NCBI GenBank assembly: GCA_964016885.1
Contig: OZ024742.1
Location: 188,170,001-188,234,000, forward strand
Reading direction: 5' to 3'
DNA: 64,000 nt
Source of the DNA: Eledone cirrhosa
Taxonomy: Eukaryota
In this document: positions 14,090-26,830 of the stretch, one piece after another
Position numbering within the stretch: position 1 is the stretch's first letter
Layout: each line of letters starts with the position of its first letter
Program-made: the position numbers and the translations under genes
Notes under the pieces: model-generated
Told to the model about the DNA's origin: nothing
What the model saw: only the letters and a program-made list of their open reading frames with translations
Database searches by the model: none

Positions 14090-15655
14090 AGTTTCTTGTT
14101 GTGTTCATTTATTGCTGTGCATTTCTTTTTCTGGGGGTGGGGTTTGGTTCTGCTATTTTCTTGTCGTTGTTGCTGGGTGTGTGTGTTTTCTTGTTGTGTT
14201 TGCCATGTTGCTGATTGTGGTGGTGGTGTTGAAGGTGTTGTTGCTGTTGGCGGTTGGGTTGCCGCCGGTGGTGATGGTGGTGCTAGTGTGGGTGGTGATG
14301 GTGTTGGTGGTGTTGCTGCTGTAAGTCTCTTTGCAGTAGAGTTTACCCTTTTTTCATTTCTTCCCTCACTTTTCGAAGGCCACGATGCGCTGTTTCAATA
14401 TTTGGGGCCTTTTGCCATCCCTCTCCCACCTCACACTCCATGTCCGATTCTGTGAATTCGGGGAGGGGTAACATTTCCACTCTTTCACTTGTTCTTGTTG
14501 GTGATGGTTGCAGTGGAGTCTCTGTTGCAGCTGCAGTTGGCATTACTGTTGTTGTTGTTAATACTTCCACTGCTGCTGCTGTTCTTGATTTCCGTGGCGT
14601 GGATATGGGTGCCACGGACCTATCCTTCCTGCTTGCCGCCTGTCCTGTTGCTGGTAGCAGTGGAGCCGGTTTCGGAAGGAGGGGGGGGGTTCTCGTTTCT
14701 CAGGGTATTCTCATTGCAGAAGGCCCTGAGGTGAGTCTTCGACCCATAGCGAAAGCATTTCGGACGTTTGCCGTCAACACTTATGGGCAGTTGAGTGCCG
14801 TTATCGAAGTCTATCACATCCGGGAGAGCTTCGATACACTCCTGGTCAGTTTGAATTAACATCTCAATAGAGGTGCCTACCCAATCTTCCCGTACTTTTT
14901 TTCTGTACATGCAGTACAGTTGTTTTGTGCTCGATTCCGACGAGGAAAGACGCGGCCAGCCAAGAAGGGGCCATCCCGGGTGGGACGTGGGTCAGTTTGA
15001 CCCTCACAATTTTTTGCCCGCAGTAGGAGTGCACCAACACCATTTCCTCGCTCCTTAGGGTCACTAAGGATTGAGCCTTTGCCTCCTGGGGTGTGGAAAA
15101 AAAGCACATCGACGGTGACATATTTCTTACGTCGGGTGATATGCGTTTTCCGCTGCCACACAGACCCTAAGCCTTTTTTGTATTTGAGCCTCTGTGGTTC
15201 TTTCAACGTGATTTTGTGCTTACTGTACGGTACGTCACCGTACAGTGCTGTTGGGTTTCGAAACATTCTTCGGCTGCCTTGCAGATTGCTCGGTGTCCGC
15301 TTTTCGTCACCATCTTCTTTGCTTCCTGTAATTCCTCATTTGTTATAAGGATGGTTTCCAGGATCTTTGCGATACCTGCAAACGAGATTGTTTTTTCTTT
15401 CTTGATGTTGTTGTTGTTGTTGTTGCTGCTGCTGCTGTTGTTGTTGTTGTTGTTGTTGTTGCTGTTGTTGTTTATGCTGCTGCTGATGTTGCGGCTGCTA
15501 CTAGTGTTTTCCTTGTCTCTGTTGCTGCTGCTGCTGTTATTACGGCTGCTGCTGCTATTCTTCATGACGTCAGACGAATGAAATGGCTTTCCGTATTTAC
15601 CGCACACATATTTCGCCGTTGTCGTCGTCGTGGAGAAATGTTCCACGGAATGCAC
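14090..15655 (-). pseudogene. Tx1 ORF1 (gag-like), frameshifted
   Basis: Degenerate CCHC knuckle RPKCFRYGSKTHLRAFC. RRM-like segment VRVKLTHVPPGMAPSWL. Low-complexity N/S and T tracts from trinucleotide repeats. Confidence 0.7.
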
Positions 15656-16059
15656 GTTCTCTTGGTGAAAGCTACCAGCAACTATATTTTTTCTTTTTCT
15701 TTAATGGCGTCGCTTGCGAAAGAGGCGACACCACATTTAGAGAAGGGAGGGAGAGAGACAATCTTCTCTCTGATGTAGCGACGATTGAGGAAGAAGAAGA
15801 CGGAATCAGTTGGAGTGACTTGTGAAAATTCTTTTTTGTAGCCATGTTTTTTTTACGGTTTAAAATGAATGTTGAGCACAAAACCCCAATAATCGGTTAT
15901 TTCACCCCGAGGCGCCAAATAACGGACATAAAGACCCCTCTCACGAGGAGGGGCGTGTTTTTATCTACAATTTGGTTCAAGTTTTAAACAATTTACAATT
16001 GTTATAGCGGTTAAACATTACTATAACTTACGGAGCCGAGCCTCCGTCAACCATGGCAT

Positions 16060-16105
<46 letters not shown>

Positions 16106-16235
16106 TACTAATATATAGGAATATTACGAATATTTATGAAAACATGACGTAAGTAACAATTTATTATTTTATGTATATATAGATGTATATGCATATGCAC
16201 CAATTTCAAGCACATAATGTATATATATACATATA

Positions 16236-16334
16236 CAGTCTGTGCCCTCGAAATGTATACATACTTTGATTACCTGTACAGGCAATATTTATTAGTATGC
16301 TGTTGAAGTGCGTATACATTTTGTGGGACATCCT

Positions 16335-16335
<1 letters not shown>
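16236..16335. mobile_element. ~100-bp Tc1/mariner-type MITE
   Basis: TA-flanked. Imperfect ~30-bp TIRs CAGTCTGTGCCCTCGAAATGTATACATACTT / CAGGATGTCCCACAAAATGTATACGCACTT. Confidence 0.65.
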
Positions 16336-16429
<94 letters not shown>

Positions 16430-16443
16430 AAATACATTTATAT

Positions 16444-16492
<49 letters not shown>

Positions 16493-16852
16493 TAATTACA
16501 TAATTATGTGTATGAAGACACTGACTAGGGGGAAGATATATATTTTGTATCAGTATCGTTTTGGTAATTCAAAAATTATAACGTTATCTAATAAACATAT
16601 TTAGAGAGGAAATGGAAAGTATGTAGTAGATTAATAGATTATTTTATAAAGTATAAAGAAATGCATTGTCTTTCTATCGACAGACAGAAAATGATTGAGC
16701 TCAGTACCAAGCGAAGATACTTTGGCCATATAATTGCTATTATAATCTAAATTTTATGTGCCATTGATTCTTTGAAGATTGTGCATTTTAAATTAATGGT
16801 TTTCTATATTCTAGCATCGTCTTTTGTATACCTTGCTTTTAAACATCTTTAG

Positions 16853-17093
16853 ATTCGGACACCGTTAAAAAACGCAACAACGTTACTTGAAAGTGTTTGG
16901 GTTAATTGGAGTATTTGGCAATAATTTCTTTTTTAATCTTGATTCCATCTCGCTAGCTAACTTGGGAAATTGTAGCAGAGATTCTGTGTTGAGTAATAAA
17001 ATTAATGTGGCGATGAAACGTTGAAACGGAGAATGGGGAAAATAGCAATACTCCGGAAACTTGTCTCGGTATCGTTGGTTTTGATATTCGTCG
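16853..17093 (+). other. Possible host exon encoding a signal-peptide-like start (MGKIAILRKLVSVSLVLIFV, phase 1)
   Basis: Acceptor catctttag| at 16852, ATG at 17033, basic then hydrophobic residues, donor G|GTAATG at 17094. Non-repetitive context, but no homology recognised. Confidence 0.2.
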
Positions 17094-17587
17094 GTAATGC
17101 CCATATATTTTCTACCGTTGTTGTTTCAATATAAATAAGAAATGGTTTGGTACAGACTTTCAGATGTGTCTATATATGGGATTTTGATAAATGTTGTTTT
17201 TCTTCATTTAAAAATGTTGCTTTCTTTTGAATACGTTGCACTATATGCCACCAATTTGAGGCGGATATAATCGGGTTATTAAACTGATCACTTCAAAATC
17301 ATAGGCTAATCATGTTACGTGACATCTTGGCTAATTGTCAGAATATTGTGAGCGAAATTGTGTAGAAGTGAACTATTTGGTAGTCTATTGGGCGGACTGT
17401 ACCTCTAATAGAAAGGGATAGTCTTGTCATCCACTGAGTCAAACAGAATCTCCCTGGTACTGACATCAAGGGTATAGTGTTTTGGTAATGTAAAACCACT
17501 TAAAACATATAAACTGGTATGTAATTGTACTTCCAAGGACCAGCTTTGCCTCATACTGTTTACAGCTGTAACTACCTGAGAATTATA

Positions 17588-17730
17588 TTAACCCTTTAGC
17601 ATTTAAACCTGCCATATCCGGCCAGAATTCTGTCACCACTTTCTGTTTAAAGCGGCCATAACTGGTTACACATATTTATGTTAAGGTACTGTTCTCAAAA
17701 TAATATAGAATCTATGAGATTTTGATATTA
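17588..17730 (+). mobile_element. piggyBac-like non-autonomous element end
   Basis: TTAA-CCCTTTAGCATT terminus. The partner end was not found. Confidence 0.35.
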
Positions 17731-19269
17731 TTTATGAGTGATAATTATGTGAGGTAAAGCCTTTACCATGAACACATAATAATATATATGGAGTAATATA
17801 AATGCTAAAGAGTTAAGGATACACGTTTTATCTAGAATGCTCTGCTCTTTACTGTATATGATGGTCTGTATATGTATTTCAAAAATGTATACATATTCTA
17901 CAATGTCATGCTGAATCTCCCATAGGATTCCATTAAGCGTGGATATATCAGTGGAATATTGTTCCTTGCACGCTAATTTCACGATCATACTATTCTGTTG
18001 ATCAACCGACGGGTACATTCTTCCTCCGACATGTCAGAGCTTCATTCCATCCTACATGCCAGCTATTGATTACGCATTGTATTTTCACATCTTGTTTTTA
18101 TATTATGTGTTCCAGCCGAGAACGGCTGAGGCCATGCTGGGGCACAGCCACATAGTTGTCAATATATTTGCTACAGTCTTTTCATTTAGATATTACTGCT
18201 CGAGTCCAGCCTTCACGAGAAACGATTGCCGGCATTTACACAAACTGCCCCACTAGTGTATTACCAGTACACTTAAATGAGCTGCAAATGTCATTCCGTT
18301 TCATTTTCTTTTTTCTTATTTTAAGTTGGCTTCTACATTTTGAAACAGTATAAAAATGAAATATATTTTCATCAAACACATCTGGACGAAACAACTGAAA
18401 TTGAAATAAAATGAATTTGAAATATTTATGAATTTTTATTCGATTCAAAGTTTCTGGAAGAAACAAATTATAATGCAGCATTTACATTGTTTATAAATGA
18501 AATTGGTTCTTTGAGAATGTTTAGGAACTCAAAACTGTGTTCACTTATTATTGAATACATTTGATAAACGTTTCACTTTATTCATACGCATTAAGAATTC
18601 ACCCATGAAGAGCATCACAAGAGAAGCGTGAGTTCGGTTTAAGGATCGGCAGTCCTGTTGTGTCATTTTGATTTAATTTCATGTTATTTCAGTCGACGCA
18701 GCTAGGAGAATGAACACAATAGACACCCGGTGGTTAATCCTACTATAGATTGATGAGAGTTCCAGGTAGCATCCTTCGTTAGCAACAACTATGATGTTAT
18801 TTGGTGATGTGTGGCTGGCAGCCATAGTCGACTGCTGGTCTTCTACACATTGCCCAATCTTGCACGAATGAGAGAATCTTTTCAGATGCAAAAATCATTC
18901 ATGATCAGAAGGATCCTATTTTTAAAGTGCCGTTTTTATGCTGTTGTTAATTTGATCGGAGAAACTCATGCTAGACGGCGTTATATCAATTAACCTCACC
19001 CTATATTGCTTATTTTAAATACAATACATGTTGATCTATCTTATCCAGTGTGCCCGTCATGACTTAAAACGGCAGTTGGCTACTTTACGGAATGCTTGAT
19101 TAATATTTCTAGCTGGTAAGACAATTACGTAGTGCTTCAGCTGTGTGTTTTATGGTATTTAATTCTTTAATTCTATAAGCTGATGCTCATAATTCTATAC
19201 GTTACGATATATAAAATTAAGGTTTATCATTATAAGTATAATCATTATAAGAATGTTTTAAAGGTTTAT

Positions 19270-20540
19270 CTCCTTATAATATATAACCAGCAATTTCTCT
19301 GTCTGTCTGTCCGACGCGTCGAGAGAGAGTAAGAGTGAAAGAAAGAGACAGACTACAAGAGGGGGATAGCGGGAGGGAGAGAGAGTGACGCTGGAAGAGG
19401 GGAAGGAAAGCTATGTCTTGCTGTCTGCATTACGAAACATATATATATATATACACACACACTGAGCGCGTCATAATGACGTAATGCAGACATCAGACAT
19501 ACAGACAGATATTATAAGGGCGCAACGTTATATCTATGTATCTATCTAAAAAGAAAGACTAAGAATTATATAGAGAGAACGCTAAATCGCCTAATGCGGT
19601 CCCTAGCGCATTGAAAATTTGAAATAATTTTTGCTCAAAACACTCACAGGACCATACGTATTACATGTCTAAAGTTTGAAAACAATCGGTTGGATGATTC
19701 TCAAGTTTTAGTGAGCTGACAGACAGACATTCTCTGTTTTAGATATATAGACTAGCAGAAAACCGCCCCGGTTGGTTTTCTGCTAGTCTATATATATAAA
19801 ACTGAGGATGTCTGTCTGTGTGTGTGTGAGTGTGAAAACTCGAGAACCACACAACCGACTGTTTTAAAACTTTACACATGTAATGCCTATGTTTCAGAGA
19901 GTCTTCTGAGCAAACGAAATTTCAAATGTTCAATGCCCTAGGGACCGCATTAGGCGATTGAGCGATCTCTCTCTATAATTCTTAGTCTTTCTCTTTTTAG
20001 ATAGATACATACATATAGCGTCGCGCCCTTATAATATATGTCTGTATGTCTGATGTCTGAATTACGTCACTTCCCTGAGGATGTATGTGTGTGGGGGGGG
20101 GGGGGGTGAATCCCTAAAACTCGAGAAGTACCCAACCGACTTTTTTCAAACTTTACATGTGTATTACTTATGTTTCAGGGAGTGTTACGCACATAAAAAA
20201 TTCAACTTTTCGATCCCGTAGGGCCCGCATTAGTTGAAAAACTGCGGTTTTTCAGGTTTTTAGGGCTTCTTGAGGTGTTACGTCAGACTGATTTCCTTGA
20301 AATTGTAACTATGTATTAGTCAGTCTCTTCACACCATGAGCAAAGAAAATCCAACTTTTTTATAGCCTAGGGCACGCATTGGGTGAACAATTTCCTTTTT
20401 TCAGCTTTTAATGGCTCTTTTGAGGCGTTATGTCTAGCCGATTTTCCCGAAATTTCAAGGGATGTTATGCACATAAAAAAATTCATTTTCTTGATCCCCT
20501 AGCTGAAAACTTGCATTTTTCCTGCTTCATCGAGGAAAAT
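19270..20540. mobile_element. Cluster of Helitron-like non-autonomous repeats including a ~590-bp imperfect palindrome (19477-20069)
   Basis: TCTATATATATAAAAC...GTCTGTCTGTGTG heads, a ...TGCTAG|T end, and a further direct copy with internal subrepeats at 20075-20540. Confidence 0.5.
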
Positions 20541-20903
20541 CTTAAAGATTATCCAGCCATCAAAGTATTCAGTTTATTTTCTTTACATATTGTCCATGTA
20601 TGCAGTTTTTCCACGATTAGGTCTGTTTGCGGACCGCGTTCCAAAATACCTTATCCCGTGCAAGAGGTTGTAGGCTACGTTGACCTCAATGAAACATAAG
20701 TTAACATTAAGTATTTTGTGCATTATAATTAGATGATTTATAAGCATTTGTAAATGTTTTATGTTTTTGCTAGAGTACTGTTTGTAGCCATGTGTATGGC
20801 GTAGACAATTTTAGAAGCTCACAGAATATCAGTTTTTCTCTCCTCTAAAAATGCTCCGATTTGTAGAAATCCGTTTTGTCAAAGTTTAAATATATTCTGT
20901 TTA

Positions 20904-20938
20904 GTTAATTTACCTTGGTTCTTTGTTTCCAGGTAAAT
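20904..20938 (+). promoter_or_regulatory. Candidate recursive splice site (AG|GT)
   Basis: gttaat...ccttggttctttgtttccAG|GTAAAT, junction at 20932/20933. Confidence 0.3.
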
Positions 20939-22166
20939 ATATAAATCTATTGAATTTATAACCAATTTCAATCTCGATATTTTCAACATTGTCTTTACAG
21001 ATGTCATCGCGTATGATTAAATATTTTTTGCTTCACTAGATTGAGGATTTTAGCCTGTTCTAAGCTATATCTTATAAACGCATATGTTCTAGAGTTTAAA
21101 GTGTTGGTTGACCTCAAGAACGTAATGTCGAAAATTCAAATCCGGAACCATGCTGTGCATTGTGTATTGAGAAAGACACTCCATTCACGTTGCAGCGACA
21201 ACTTAACTAAATATATATTCGATCATACTGCGTCGACAAATCAAGTGAAATACATTATTATGCTCCCATTTATTACTTTTTTTATTTATGGAGAACATTA
21301 TTAACCGGCTATTATACGATAGTGTTATTTTTCAAGACAAATTGTTCTGAATATTTCCGAAATGCTTTGGTCTTCATTAGACATGGGTTTAAGCAAAGTA
21401 TTATCTGTGAATCGAAGTGCAATTGAATCCTATTACAACAGAGTATAAGTGAAGGCATGTTTACATTCATATACGTTTGTATATATGTGTATAGGCGTCT
21501 GGATATGTATATATGTTGCTATTTATGTATGTATGTTGCATTGTGTGTATGCATGTGTATGGAAGTGTGCATATATTCAAGTATATAAGTAGGTATATAT
21601 CGCTCTGAGTATATTTGCATATAGATAGGTATGTGTGTGTAAGTATGTACACATGTATGTATGTTCATATAGTATGTGCATTTATTCATTTTAAATTCCT
21701 GCTTGTATTGATTAAGACAATGTAGCTGTATAATTTATTAATTTAAACCCCCGGCTGTGATAGTCTATTATTCTGGTGAAGTCTATCAAGCTACCTGGTT
21801 AGTCTGCATAGATATCTATTAAAGCTTATTGATATATAATTACTAAAATATTCCACATGGTGCTGCTGACATGGCTTTGTGGTTAACGACATTGTTTAGC
21901 ACCCATCATTTATTTTCACTCGCACTTGATGTCATATTGAGCGAGAGGTGTCTACCCTATCTGCGGGTTGAAAAAATACCTTGTGAATGATATATACGCT
22001 GGCGATTTCATACGGATTATATAGTTCTAGTCCTGTAGAAATCGTTTGTATATAGAATAAAGTTGTCTATACTCTACTAACGCGTTGAGCATTTCATTTA
22101 ACTGTGGTAACCTCCCGACACCCATCGGCAATCCACCCATCATACACCCATATGTATATATATATA

Positions 22167-22214
<48 letters not shown>

Positions 22215-22217
<3 letters not shown>

Positions 22218-22309
22218 AGTAAGTAAGACCCCGACGGCTGAGCTCAAGCCGTTTCGACGGCTAATTCTGTACGTTATGGTCCACTTGGTTCCTTACCACT
22301 TTTCCTTCG

Positions 22310-22310
<1 letters not shown>
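22215..22310 (+). mobile_element. (TA)n-inserted short element, family E
   Basis: Inverted segment joined to tail ...ccttaccacttttccttcgc(TA)n. Other copies at 24305-24497, 26178-26232 and 63441-63553. Confidence 0.6.
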
Positions 22311-22360
<50 letters not shown>

Positions 22361-23021
22361 GAAAATAAAAGTTACGGGCGAAAGAGGTTATTACCCATCG
22401 TCAGTTGCCTGCTAGGAATCATAGGAAATTCATTGCGTTAGAGACAAGATACCTCAGCCTAGGGCGAACAATAACCAAAATAAGTTATTAGATAAAAAAA
22501 AAAGGGCGGAGAGAGAGAAAAAAATGTAAATAGACACGAAGGGTGAAGTAACATAAAGAGAGGATATATATGTATATGTGTGTGTGAGTGCCTATGTGTG
22601 TGTGTGAGTGCGTGCGTGTGTGTGTGTGAGTCCCGGGTTTAATCGGTGGTGGGGCACAGTTAGAAATGGACACAATTCATTAGTAGAGTTTAAACATCAT
22701 ACTGAATATAGAAATGGCTTCTACGGGAGTAGAACATATCTCTACTTTTGTACTAGGTTTATATAGAGGTGTTCAATCTTCTGGAGAAATTGTTTAAACA
22801 CAGACCAGCGTAACGGACACACAATTTTCATCTTTCAAATCCACCGAAGTTAACTTTGCCTTTCATCTTTATGGGGGTTGATAAAATAAAGTACCAGTAA
22901 TGTACTGGTAATTGCTGGCCTTGTGCGAAAAGTAGAAACATTATTATTATGATGATGATGATTTCATTTCGTATCGAGACAATTGTAAGGAATCATTAAA
23001 AGAATGCCTTCCTCAATTTGT

Positions 23022-23127
<106 letters not shown>

Positions 23128-23148
23128 TTATATATATGTGTGTGTGTT

Positions 23149-23188
<40 letters not shown>

Positions 23189-23984
23189 CGCGTGCGCGTG
23201 GCTGTATATATGTATGTGTGTGTGTGCGCGTGTGTAATCTATCGGTCTGTCTTTCTTTATGCTCAGTAAAGTGGAAACTAGACGAAAATGTGGTCGATAA
23301 ATTAAGTATCGGAAATGAAATGATAAAAAAAAAACGATACCCTGTTTTCTAAGTATGGCTGCAGTCTAAAAGATGGAACTAGGAAACTATTTATTGTTAT
23401 TAAATTCCTTTATTCTTATGGGGTCTGTAGAATGTTGATCCTTCACAATATATCTTATTGTTACGAAGGTCGGCTGAGAACAATAAATTCTGACCAGTAT
23501 ACTTTAATGGAATGGCAAAAAAAGGTTTATTTTTTAGCATAGTCCCTGAAAAAGAAAAAAAGAATTCAGTTATTAATACGAAGAGTTGAAATAAATACAT
23601 GCAAGATTTCACAGCCTAGCATCACTCCTTCATAGTCAGCATATCAGATTTTCAGCCGAACCTCGATTAATAGATATTCACTATAACGTATTTGAAGCAT
23701 TACGATTATACATACGATTTCTTCCTATAGTTAAGGTTGATTAACTTTACATGTAATGTTCTATGTTTGAATAACGATGTATGTAAATAAACCTAAAGAC
23801 TAAGTATTGGAAATCTTCATCATTATCATTGAGGTTATTATTAATATAGACTTTTCATACTTACGGAGACGATAAAATATGGTACCAGTAACGCATTTGT
23901 GTCGATTTAATCGACTTTCCCCCTCTCTTTAAATTATTGGCATTGTGCCAAAATCAGACGCCTTTATAATTATTATAGCGTATT

Positions 23985-24200
23985 GGATTGCCAGTATCGG
24001 TAGAGCATCGGACAACATGCTTTGCAATACACAGTTATGTTGTTTTTCTTTCTGAGTTCAAATCCCGCTCAAGTTAGGTTTGCCTTTCATCCTTATGGGG
24101 TCGATGAAATAAAGTACTAGTATTGCATAGGTGTCTATGTAATGGACTCCCCACAACACAAACACGTTATTGGCCTTGTGCCAAACGTAATAACAATTAT
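23985..24200 (+). mobile_element. tRNA-derived SINE, main family (partial copies also at 22845-22945 and 23850-23965)
   Basis: Matches the SINE consensus motifs. Confidence 0.7.
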
Positions 24201-24254
24201 TTAGCTGATTTAGTTTGGAGAATTGATATCCAATTGTCTTTCGAAATGTACAAC

Positions 24255-24304
<50 letters not shown>

Positions 24305-24306
<2 letters not shown>

Positions 24307-24497
24307 CGAAGGAAATGTGGTAAAGAACCAGGTGGACCATAACGCACCAAAGTACTCAATACTTAGGGTAGTAGAGTGGGTAATAGGAACGAGTAGGACC
24401 CCGACGGCTGAGCTCAAGCCGTTTCGGCGGCTAATTCTGGACTGAATTAGCCGTCGAAACGGCTTCAGCTCAGCCGTTGGGGTCCTACTCGTTCCTA
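24305..24497 (-). mobile_element. Family E fold-back element
   Basis: Hairpin 24383-24497 centred at ~24440, with the tail on the minus strand. Flanked by (TA)n. Confidence 0.65.
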
Positions 24498-24528
24498 TAT
24501 ATATATATAATATATATATATATATACA

Positions 24529-25127
24529 TGCAGTTTGTTTACACGCCAACACAAGAGCAAGAATGGGAGGCTCATTCTACTGATATGCTTAAAAGAGGCT
24601 GTTTGCGTAATTGCAAACAAATCGAATATTAATATTAATATTCGAAAAGGTCAGATTACATTTATTGTATTCAGCCATGTAGAGGGATAACAATTTGTTA
24701 TTTATTTCAATTTTGCAAACCCGGCCATTAATCGGTCGTATACATGAAACCGACTGGCCTATCTGCTGATATCCAGATCTGGCTGATCAGTGGTGGATCT
24801 GCTAATATGCAGATCTGACTCATCAGACAGTCTGCTAATATGCAAATCAGGCCTATCAGTCATTGTATATTTCAGAAAATATCATATAGTTTCACTAGCT
24901 CTGACAGTTGGCAGGTGAGAAGTAAACTGCACCGATGAAGGGTAATCACCCAGAACCATTAGTGTCTGCCGTTCTGGTTTTATGTCGGCACAAGAGCAAG
25001 AATGACGGTGTCATTCTACTGACATGGCTTAAAAGAGATTGTTTGTATAATTGCAAACGAATCGAACATTATTATTAATATTCGATTACATTTATTGTAT
25101 TTAACCATGTAGAGTGATAACTACTTG

Positions 25128-25130
<3 letters not shown>
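24529..25130 (+). mobile_element. Hammerhead-bearing non-coding element, family H, with direct terminal repeats (retrozyme / non-autonomous PLE-like)
   Basis: 24529-24702 repeats at 24967-25130 (period 438). Decayed hammerhead at 24924-24974. Flanked by (TA)n. Confidence 0.7.
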
Positions 25131-25178
<48 letters not shown>

Positions 25179-25599
25179 TGTCAAAAGGAAAGCCAATCGC
25201 CAATAAAGCTGAGCACCAGTGTCTTCACATCACATTTTCATTCGATTAAACTGGTCTTGAGCAACGGGAAATGAGTTAACTTATACAACAACACATTTAG
25301 TCACCCGATCTGGGAATGGATCACGCAGTACTATAACTCCGAGCTCATCAACCTAACTACTAAGGCATACGCCTTCATGACCTCATAGTTTTACTACGAA
25401 AAACAAAGGTTGCCCTTGCAATGGTTTATTGTAGCAATATATTTATAACTTAACAAAAACCACTGATAAATTGGTATAGGAATGCGACATGTCCTCAGTG
25501 CTATTCCTTACTTCCACATGACCAAACACTGCATTGCAGAACAGACAGAAGATCAATATACCAGTCAATTGAATTGATCGATCTTCGAATTTTCATTGC

Positions 25600-25636
25600 T
25601 CTCTCTTTCTCTCTCTCTCTCACTCTCTCTCTATAA

Positions 25637-25700
<64 letters not shown>

Positions 25701-25719
25701 ATATATATATATGTAAATG

Positions 25720-25760
<41 letters not shown>

Positions 25761-25762
25761 GC

Positions 25763-25793
<31 letters not shown>

Positions 25794-25817
25794 CATATAT
25801 ATATATACATACATATG

Positions 25818-25882
<65 letters not shown>

Positions 25883-25948
25883 GTATATGTATATACATAT
25901 ATATATACATACATATATATATATATACATATATATGTATATATATAT

Positions 25949-25981
<33 letters not shown>

Positions 25982-25986
25982 CATAC

Positions 25987-26025
<39 letters not shown>

Positions 26026-26026
26026 C

Positions 26027-26119
<93 letters not shown>

Positions 26120-26170
26120 TGTGTGTGTGTATGCGTATATATATGTGGATATACGTATATGTGTATATAT
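25600..26170. repeat. Large compound (CT)n/(TA)n/(TACA)n microsatellite
   Basis: Direct inspection. Confidence 0.95.
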
Positions 26171-26615
26171 ACAAAGATATAGCCGTCGAAATGGCTTGAG
26201 CTCTGCCGTCGGTGTCATACTTTTTCCTATATACAAAGATAGAGAGATAGTTAGACACAAATATATATCTACACACAAATATATATTTTCTCAATCTCTG
26301 AAAAGATTATAATTTTCAACGAAGAACCATTCGTAAGAGTTTCTACTTTTTTACCTTTTGTAATCTCTATTTGTTTGTCTGTTTTCTGACCTCAGCCTAA
26401 TCTATTCCACTGAACATATCAATCACAAGACTCTATAATGTGTCATTCCTAAAAGAAGTTTACTCATCAGTTTTTAGTCTGTTAATATATAGTATGTTAA
26501 TGGTGTACGGGTGAGACGTAGACATGTTTAAAAAGTTCCGTTTGCTACCATACGATTTCGGATCAGATTTCACTGCATCGTTTCGTGGACAAGTGTCTCA
26601 TATTATAACAATGGG

Positions 26616-26830
26616 TGGTGGATTTACAGTATAGATAGAGCGTCGGCCAACATGATTTGCATCACAGAGTTACAGTTCTTTACATTCAGAGTAGAAATTC
26701 CGGCGAGGTTAGCATGGCATTTCATCATTACGGTGTCGATAAAATAAAATACCAGTAACACACCGGGGTCGGTTCAATCGACTCTCACCTTCCCTTCAAA
26801 TTACTGGCCTTGTACCTATATCAGAAATCA
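26616..26830 (+). mobile_element. tRNA-derived SINE, main family (diverged)
   Basis: Matches the SINE consensus motifs. Confidence 0.7.

Larger units (their letters stand above)
10108..16061 (-). mobile_element. Tx1/L1-clade non-LTR retrotransposon, near full length, decayed
   Basis: GC-richer block flanked by (AAT)n on both sides. ORF1 has a zinc knuckle; ORF2 has APE endonuclease, RT and a C-terminal Cys motif. 3' end reads AATAAAGAAACA(ATT)n. Confidence 0.9.

Noticed and set aside
22366-22410. CTGACGA (minus strand) near a GAAA (plus strand)
   Set aside because: The two core halves are on opposite strands, so no coherent hammerhead forms.
24444-24475. GAAACGGCTT in family E read as a hammerhead half
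   Set aside because: No CUGANGA in any copy, and the GAAA lies in an AGCCGT/ACGGCT hairpin. Reported only as a structured end.
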